A stretch of 42,506 bases of DNA from Candidatus Rubrimentiphilum sp. (GTDB lineage: Bacteria; Vulcanimicrobiota; Vulcanimicrobiia; Vulcanimicrobiales; Vulcanimicrobiaceae). Below are positions 37,728-42,506 of this stretch, piece after piece. The stretch lies in contig DASYYA010000141.1 in NCBI GenBank assembly GCA_035934355.1, positions 1 through 42,506 of the forward strand, read 5' to 3'. Position 1 is the stretch's first letter; the number at the start of each line of letters is the position of its first letter. The notes under the pieces are model-generated. The model worked only from the letters and a program-made list of their open reading frames with translations, was not told where the DNA came from and made no database searches. A program made the position numbers and the translations under genes.

Positions 37728-38194
37728 CAACGCACCACGATCTTTGCAAACATGTTTTGATGCCCGATGCCGCAATACTCGTGGCAGATCAAAAGATAGG
37801 TCCCCGGCTGCGTAAAGGTATGTGATTGCGCGTTCACCCATCCCGGCACCGCCATCATGTTGATGTCGGTCTTCGGGATAAAAAACCCGTGCACCACGTC
37901 GGGACTGGTCACGTAGAACGTGATCTTCTTGCCTGCCGGTACCGTCAGGGTGGGCGGCTCGAACGCAAACACTTCAGCGACGTAGTAGGCTTCATACGTT
38001 CCATCCGCTAGACGGCGGAGACCCGGATGATCGAACGGTGGCGTCTGCGCAACTTTCGTTGGATCGATCGCCTGCATCCCGCTGGGCGGATCGATGTTCT
38101 CCGAAAAGGCGGCGACCGCAAGTGTGACGAGAAAAACGATGAGCATTGCGATCCCGAACGTCATCCACCAGCGTTCGTACTTGTGAATGTGCAC
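37727..38194 (-). CDS. cbaB: ba3-type oxidase subunit II (CuA)
   Basis: Single TM; DVVHGF, CHEYCGIGHQNM. Confidence 0.93.
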   Translation of the reverse strand: MHIHKYERWWMTFGIAMLIVFLVTLAVAAFSENIDPPSGMQAIDPTKVAQTPPFDHPGLRRLADGTYEAYYVAEVFAFEPPTLTVPAGKKITFYVTSPDVVHGFFIPKTDINMMAVPGWVNAQSHTFTQPGTYLLICHEYCGIGHQNMFAKIVVR

Positions 38195-38195
38195 G

Positions 38196-38312
38196 TTACC
38201 AGCGCGATTTCAGCAGCACGAACATCAGAAACCAGAGGACCGCGAAAACGGCGCCCATCACCAATACGAAGGTTAGGGTCGCCGGTAAGGGTTCGTCTTC
38301 TCGCAACGCCAT
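38196..38312 (-). CDS. cbaD: ba3-type oxidase subunit IIa
   Basis: 38-aa single TM, PATLTFVLVMGAVFAVLWFLMFVLLKSR, immediately upstream of cbaB. Confidence 0.75.
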   Translation of the reverse strand: MALREDEPLPATLTFVLVMGAVFAVLWFLMFVLLKSRW

Positions 38313-38421
38313 CTCGCTGACTCTACGGTTCCTTTTGGAAAAGGGTGTGAGCGCGGCCTTCTTCAGTCCTTCCCAAGGCGGTCCTCGCCGATTCTTCGCT
38401 TGTTGCGACAATTCCGACATC

Positions 38422-38895
38422 ATGGTCACACACGTTTACGAACGCTACGTCACCAACTGCCCCTATGTCCGGGCTCGCGAGTATCTGCATGCAGCGCTCG
38501 AAAGCGTGGTCAAGAATCACCGCACGACGACACTGTCGCTCAAAGCCGGCATGCTCGAGAAACCGGTCGTCGTAAGCTACGAGCGCGGTGTGGATCCGAT
38601 GCGCTTTGACGAGCCGTGGCGCGTCCATTGGACGCCCGAAGGCGGCGGTCCGTATCCCGACTTTGATGGCGAGATTACGGTGTGCGCCGACTACAGCTAC
38701 CGCAGTGCGATCCTTGAGCTTCGGGGTGAATATGTGCCGCCGCTCGGCACCTTCGGCCAAGCATTCGATCTGCTCGTCGGTTCTCGCATCGCCGCTGCCA
38801 CCGCGCGCACGCTGCTCCAACAGCTGGCGCACGTGATGGAAACCCGCTACGAGCTGGAAGAAGCCGCAAAAGGGCGGATCGGTTCGACCGCGTGA
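38422..38895 (+). CDS. Hypothetical cytoplasmic protein (possible SRPBCC-like fold)
   Basis: WTPEGGGPYPDFDG, LRGEYVPPLG...FDLLVGSRIA; 4-nt overlap with xfp. Confidence 0.7.
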   Translation: MVTHVYERYVTNCPYVRAREYLHAALESVVKNHRTTTLSLKAGMLEKPVVVSYERGVDPMRFDEPWRVHWTPEGGGPYPDFDGEITVCADYSYRSAILELRGEYVPPLGTFGQAFDLLVGSRIAAATARTLLQQLAHVMETRYELEEAAKGRIGSTA

Positions 38896-41201
38896 CGACC
38901 GCGGCGCTTACCGAAGCTCCGCGAATAGCTCGCGGCGCGGATCGCCGGATTGACGCCATGGATCAATACTGGCGGGCCGCAAATTATCTGGGCGCGGCGC
39001 AGCTCTATCTGCAAGAGAATGTGCTGCTACGCGATCCGCTCGAGCGCACACATATCAAGCCCCGGCCGCTCGGACATTGGGGCACGCAGCCGGGTCTCAA
39101 CCTGATCTATACGCACCTCAACCGGTTAGTCGCCGACACCGGAACGGAACTATTGCTCGTTGTCGGCCCCGGTCACGGTGCACCGGCGATTCTCGCCAAT
39201 CTCTATCTCGAAGAGACGCTGAGCTTCGACGTGCGCGAATTCGTCAAACGATTTTCATGGCCGGGCGGCGCGCCCAGCCACTTGACCGCGCAAACGCCCG
39301 GAACAATTCACGAGGGCGGCGAGCTCGGGTACGCGCTATCACATGCGTTCGGAGCGGCGCTCGACAATCCGCAACTCATCGTCGCCTGCGTCGTCGGCGA
39401 TGGTGAAGCGGAAACCGGACCGCTCGCGGCGTCGTGGCGTTTCAATGCATTTTTGAATCCGCGCACATCGGGGGCGGTGTTGCCAATCGTTCATCTCAAC
39501 GGCTACAAGCTCTCGGGGCCGGCGCTGCTCGCGCGCATGAGCGACGCCGAGCTGGGCAATTATTTTGAAGGCCTGGGTTTTGAGCCAATCCTCGTTGATG
39601 CCGAACAGCCATTTATAGCGGTTCACGGCGATCTTTGGGCTGCATTGGATCGCGCGTACGGCTCGATCCGCGCAATCCAAGGACGCTTCAGCTCGTATTC
39701 CGGAGAAGTTCCGCGCTGGCCGGTGATCCTGTTGCGTTCGGAAAAAGGCGCCGGTGGACCGTTTGCCGGCACGTTTCACTCACATGGACTGCCGCTTGCC
39801 GATCCCGCGAACGATCCGCAACAGTTGGCCACACTCGAATCGTGGCTGCTATCGTATCGTCCGGACGAACTCTTCGATGCCGCTGGGCGGCCAAACGCTG
39901 TCGTGCGATCGGTGCTCCCGCGCGAAGATCGCCGCATCGGACGATCGCCGCACGCCAATGGCGGCAATCTCTTGCGCAATCTTACGTTGCCGGGACCAGA
40001 ACATCTCAAGCCTCTTGCATTCCCCGCTGCCAGAGCCGAGTCGGCCACGCAACGCTTGGGAGAGTATCTCGCGGACGTCTTCAAACTGAACGTTGCCGAT
40101 CAAAACTTCCGCTTCTTCTGTCCCGATGAAACGCTGTCGAACAAACTCGGCGCGATATTCGATGTCACCGATCGCGCGTTTATGGGCCCCTTGTACGACA
40201 CCGACGAGTATCTCTCGCCCGAAGGCCGTGCGATCGAAATTTTGAGCGAACATTCGTGCGCCGGTTGGCTCGAAGGCTACGTGGCGACGGGCCGGCATGG
40301 CGTCCTGGCATGCTATGAAGGCTTCATTCCCATCGTCGATTCGATGGTGCACCAATACGGTAAGTGGCTCAAGATGTCGCGCGAAGTGCCGTGGCGCACG
40401 CCGACTGCTTCGCTCAATATCTTGCTGACGTCGCACGTCTGGCGCCAGGATCATAATGGCTATTCCCATCAAGGCCCGGGGTTCATCGATTCGCTGCTCA
40501 CGAGTAAAGCCGAAGTCACGCGCGTCTATCTACCACCGGACGCAAACTCGCTGGTCTGCGCGATGGATCACTCTCTGCAAAGCCGTGGTTACATTAATCT
40601 CATCGTCGCCGGAAAGAATGAGATGCCGCAGTGGCTTTCTCCGGAAGTGGCGCAACGCCACTGCGCTGCGGGTTTAGGAATCTGGGATTGGGCCTCGCGC
40701 GGGAGCGAGGATCCGCAAATAGTGCTGGCGTGTTGCGGCGATGTGCCGACCCAAGAAACTCTCGCAGCTGCGGGTATTCTGAGCGCGCGTGCGCGCGTAC
40801 GCGTCGTGAACATCTTCGATCTGATGCGCATTGCAGCGCCGGCCGCACACCCGCATGGCATCTCCGACGAAGCGTTCGAAACGCTCTTTCCACCGGACGT
40901 TCCCGTGGTCTTCGCCTTTCACGGATATCCGCACGTGATCCACCGCCTGCTGCACGGACGTAAAAACGCCGAACGGTTCCACGTGCGGGGTTACATCGAA
41001 GAAGGCACAACGACGACGCCCTTCGACATGCTGGTGCGCAATCGCATCAGTCGCTTCGACTTGGTCGAGGCCGGCGCCAAACTCGCGTTCCAGCCGACGG
41101 CGGCAGCAGAACGCTTTCAGCGGTTCTGCGAGGGAAAACTCCGACAGCATCGCGCTTATATTACAGAGTATGGCATTGATATGCCGGAGGTTCGTCCATG
41201 A
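38892..41201 (+). CDS. xfp: Phosphoketolase
   Basis: YWRAANYL, GHWGT, GPGHG, HEGGELGY, GDGEAETG, WRQDHNGYSHQ, EEGTTTTPFDM. Confidence 0.95.
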   Translation: MTTAALTEAPRIARGADRRIDAMDQYWRAANYLGAAQLYLQENVLLRDPLERTHIKPRPLGHWGTQPGLNLIYTHLNRLVADTGTELLLVVGPGHGAPAILANLYLEETLSFDVREFVKRFSWPGGAPSHLTAQTPGTIHEGGELGYALSHAFGAALDNPQLIVACVVGDGEAETGPLAASWRFNAFLNPRTSGAVLPIVHLNGYKLSGPALLARMSDAELGNYFEGLGFEPILVDAEQPFIAVHGDLWAALDRAYGSIRAIQGRFSSYSGEVPRWPVILLRSEKGAGGPFAGTFHSHGLPLADPANDPQQLATLESWLLSYRPDELFDAAGRPNAVVRSVLPREDRRIGRSPHANGGNLLRNLTLPGPEHLKPLAFPAARAESATQRLGEYLADVFKLNVADQNFRFFCPDETLSNKLGAIFDVTDRAFMGPLYDTDEYLSPEGRAIEILSEHSCAGWLEGYVATGRHGVLACYEGFIPIVDSMVHQYGKWLKMSREVPWRTPTASLNILLTSHVWRQDHNGYSHQGPGFIDSLLTSKAEVTRVYLPPDANSLVCAMDHSLQSRGYINLIVAGKNEMPQWLSPEVAQRHCAAGLGIWDWASRGSEDPQIVLACCGDVPTQETLAAAGILSARARVRVVNIFDLMRIAAPAAHPHGISDEAFETLFPPDVPVVFAFHGYPHVIHRLLHGRKNAERFHVRGYIEEGTTTTPFDMLVRNRISRFDLVEAGAKLAFQPTAAAERFQRFCEGKLRQHRAYITEYGIDMPEVRP

Positions 41202-41656
41202 CACGATTTGTTTTTGGGTTTGTCTGCATTCTGGTGGCTGGATCGGTTGCCGTCGCACAAGGGCTCAAACAAACACCGGGCTCCCAGATCACGGTTTCGC
41301 AGTGCGATCCCCATCGGCACGCGGTTGGGACCGTCGGCCATCCGTGGATCGATCCCTACGGGAACCTCCACACCGCCGCGAACTTTCCCTATTCAGAAGG
41401 TTTCCTCGCGATCACGTATTCCAACAACGCGCCGAAAGTCGCCACCGAAGTGGACTTTGGTTTGGTCTCGCGCGGATCGCTGATCGCGGTTGCCAACGAT
41501 CGCGGAACGTTTTCGCCTGGCGTGAACATCGATCACGAGTTTGATGTGAGCCCCGAAATATTTCCTATCGGCACATCGTTTCCGTACTGCGCCGTGATAC
41601 GCGTCAAGTATGCTGACGGCACAGAGTGGCGTAACCCCAACCCGCCGCAAGAGTAA
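41198..41656 (+). CDS. Secreted hypothetical protein
   Basis: Signal peptide; DRGTFSPGVNIDH; two Cys; ATGA overlap with xfp. Confidence 0.7.
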   Translation: MTRFVFGFVCILVAGSVAVAQGLKQTPGSQITVSQCDPHRHAVGTVGHPWIDPYGNLHTAANFPYSEGFLAITYSNNAPKVATEVDFGLVSRGSLIAVANDRGTFSPGVNIDHEFDVSPEIFPIGTSFPYCAVIRVKYADGTEWRNPNPPQE

Positions 41657-41666
41657 CGCGCCGCAA

Positions 41667-42506
41667 ATGGCGACGATCCTGTGCTTGAATACGGGATCGT
41701 CGAGTTTGCGGATCGCGGCTTTTGGCGCGACTGCGGCCGGCCTGCAGACGCTGCGCGAGCGCGAACGTGTTTCGGTAACCCGCGAGCAATGGCTGGCGCA
41801 AATCGGTGGCTTACAACCCGACTTCGTGGTGCATCGGATCGTTTTGGGTGAACGCGAGGCAGAGACGGTCGAGGAATGTACGCCTGCCGTCCAGGCGCGA
41901 ATCGCGGCGCGCGCCGACCTTGCCCCGTTACACGACCGCGTTGCGCTCGAGTTGACCGCTCAAGCACGAAACGCCTTTCCCCAGGCGCGCCAGCTGGTTG
42001 CGTACGATAGTGCGTTCCATGCGACGATTCCCGTACAGCGCACGACGTACGCGATCCCGCGCGAGTGGCGCGAACGTTTCGGCATCGAACGCATCGGCTA
42101 CCATGGCTTGAGCTATGCGTATGCCGCGCAATGGTTGAGCGAGCACGGAAATCCGCGTCGAGCCATCTGCGCACACTTGGGAAGCGGGTGTTCCGTTGCG
42201 GCGCTCGTGAATGGCCGGAGTGCGGCGACGACGATGGGCTTTACGCCGCTCGAGGGCCTGGTCATGGGAACGCGGAGCGGAAGTTTCGACCCCGGTGCGC
42301 TGCTCTATCTAATGAAGAAAGGCGTCACATACGAAGCGCTGCAAATCGGACTCTACCAAGAATCAGGACTCAAAGCGCTCTGCGGCGACTCGGATATGCG
42401 CCGCGTTTTACAGCGCGCCGGCGACGGTAATGCCGAAGCCAAACTAGCGCTCGACGTGTTCATCGAATCTGCGGCCGGTGGAATCGCGGAAATGATCGCC
42501 GCCGCG
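41667..42506 (+). CDS. ackA: Acetate kinase (partial, runs off the window)
   Basis: Own translation, absent from the ORF track because there is no stop: MATILCLNTGSSSL, APLH, YDSAFH, GYHGLSY, HLGSGCS, TTMGFTPLEGLVMGTRSG. Confidence 0.92.
   Translation, partial: MATILCLNTGSSSLRIAAFGATAAGLQTLRERERVSVTREQWLAQIGGLQPDFVVHRIVLGEREAETVEECTPAVQARIAARADLAPLHDRVALELTAQARNAFPQARQLVAYDSAFHATIPVQRTTYAIPREWRERFGIERIGYHGLSYAYAAQWLSEHGNPRRAICAHLGSGCSVAALVNGRSAATTMGFTPLEGLVMGTRSGSFDPGALLYLMKKGVTYEALQIGLYQESGLKALCGDSDMRRVLQRAGDGNAEAKLALDVFIESAAGGIAEMIAAA

Noticed and set aside
41657-42506. Apparent gene-free or pseudogene region in the ORF track
   Set aside because: An open ackA frame runs from 41667 to the window edge and was omitted only because it lacks a stop.

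Overview
GC-rich bacterial chromosomal window, gene-dense, with no rRNA, tRNA or CRISPR array that I can see. The gene families resemble those of Candidatus Eremiobacterota, but this is an inference only. The left end (1-~1830) is mobile: a truncated IS3-type transposase abuts a second IS3-family element whose OrfB DDE transposase runs in frame into two helical repeats and, across a 1-nt frame break, a Zn-finger HNH endonuclease. This is the most unusual feature. Next is a minus-strand operon (FG-GAP multicopper oxidase with a Leu axial position, double-ABM membrane protein, xanthine-dehydrogenase-family FAD and fused 2Fe-2S/Mo subunits, lipocalin-like protein). The middle holds MFS transporters, secreted and membrane hypotheticals, ArsR-SRPBCC/OsmC, an amidohydrolase, a nucleotidyltransferase pair, an Xre-RES toxin-antitoxin, PhzF, GNAT, SDR, BON, cupredoxins, tdk and tag. 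A ba3-type oxidase operon (cbaD-B-A) follows, with an OmpR regulator, a DHp-only protein, a soluble CuA cupredoxin and a decayed Cyc2-like cytochrome-porin. It is divergent from an xfp-ackA operon that runs off the right edge.
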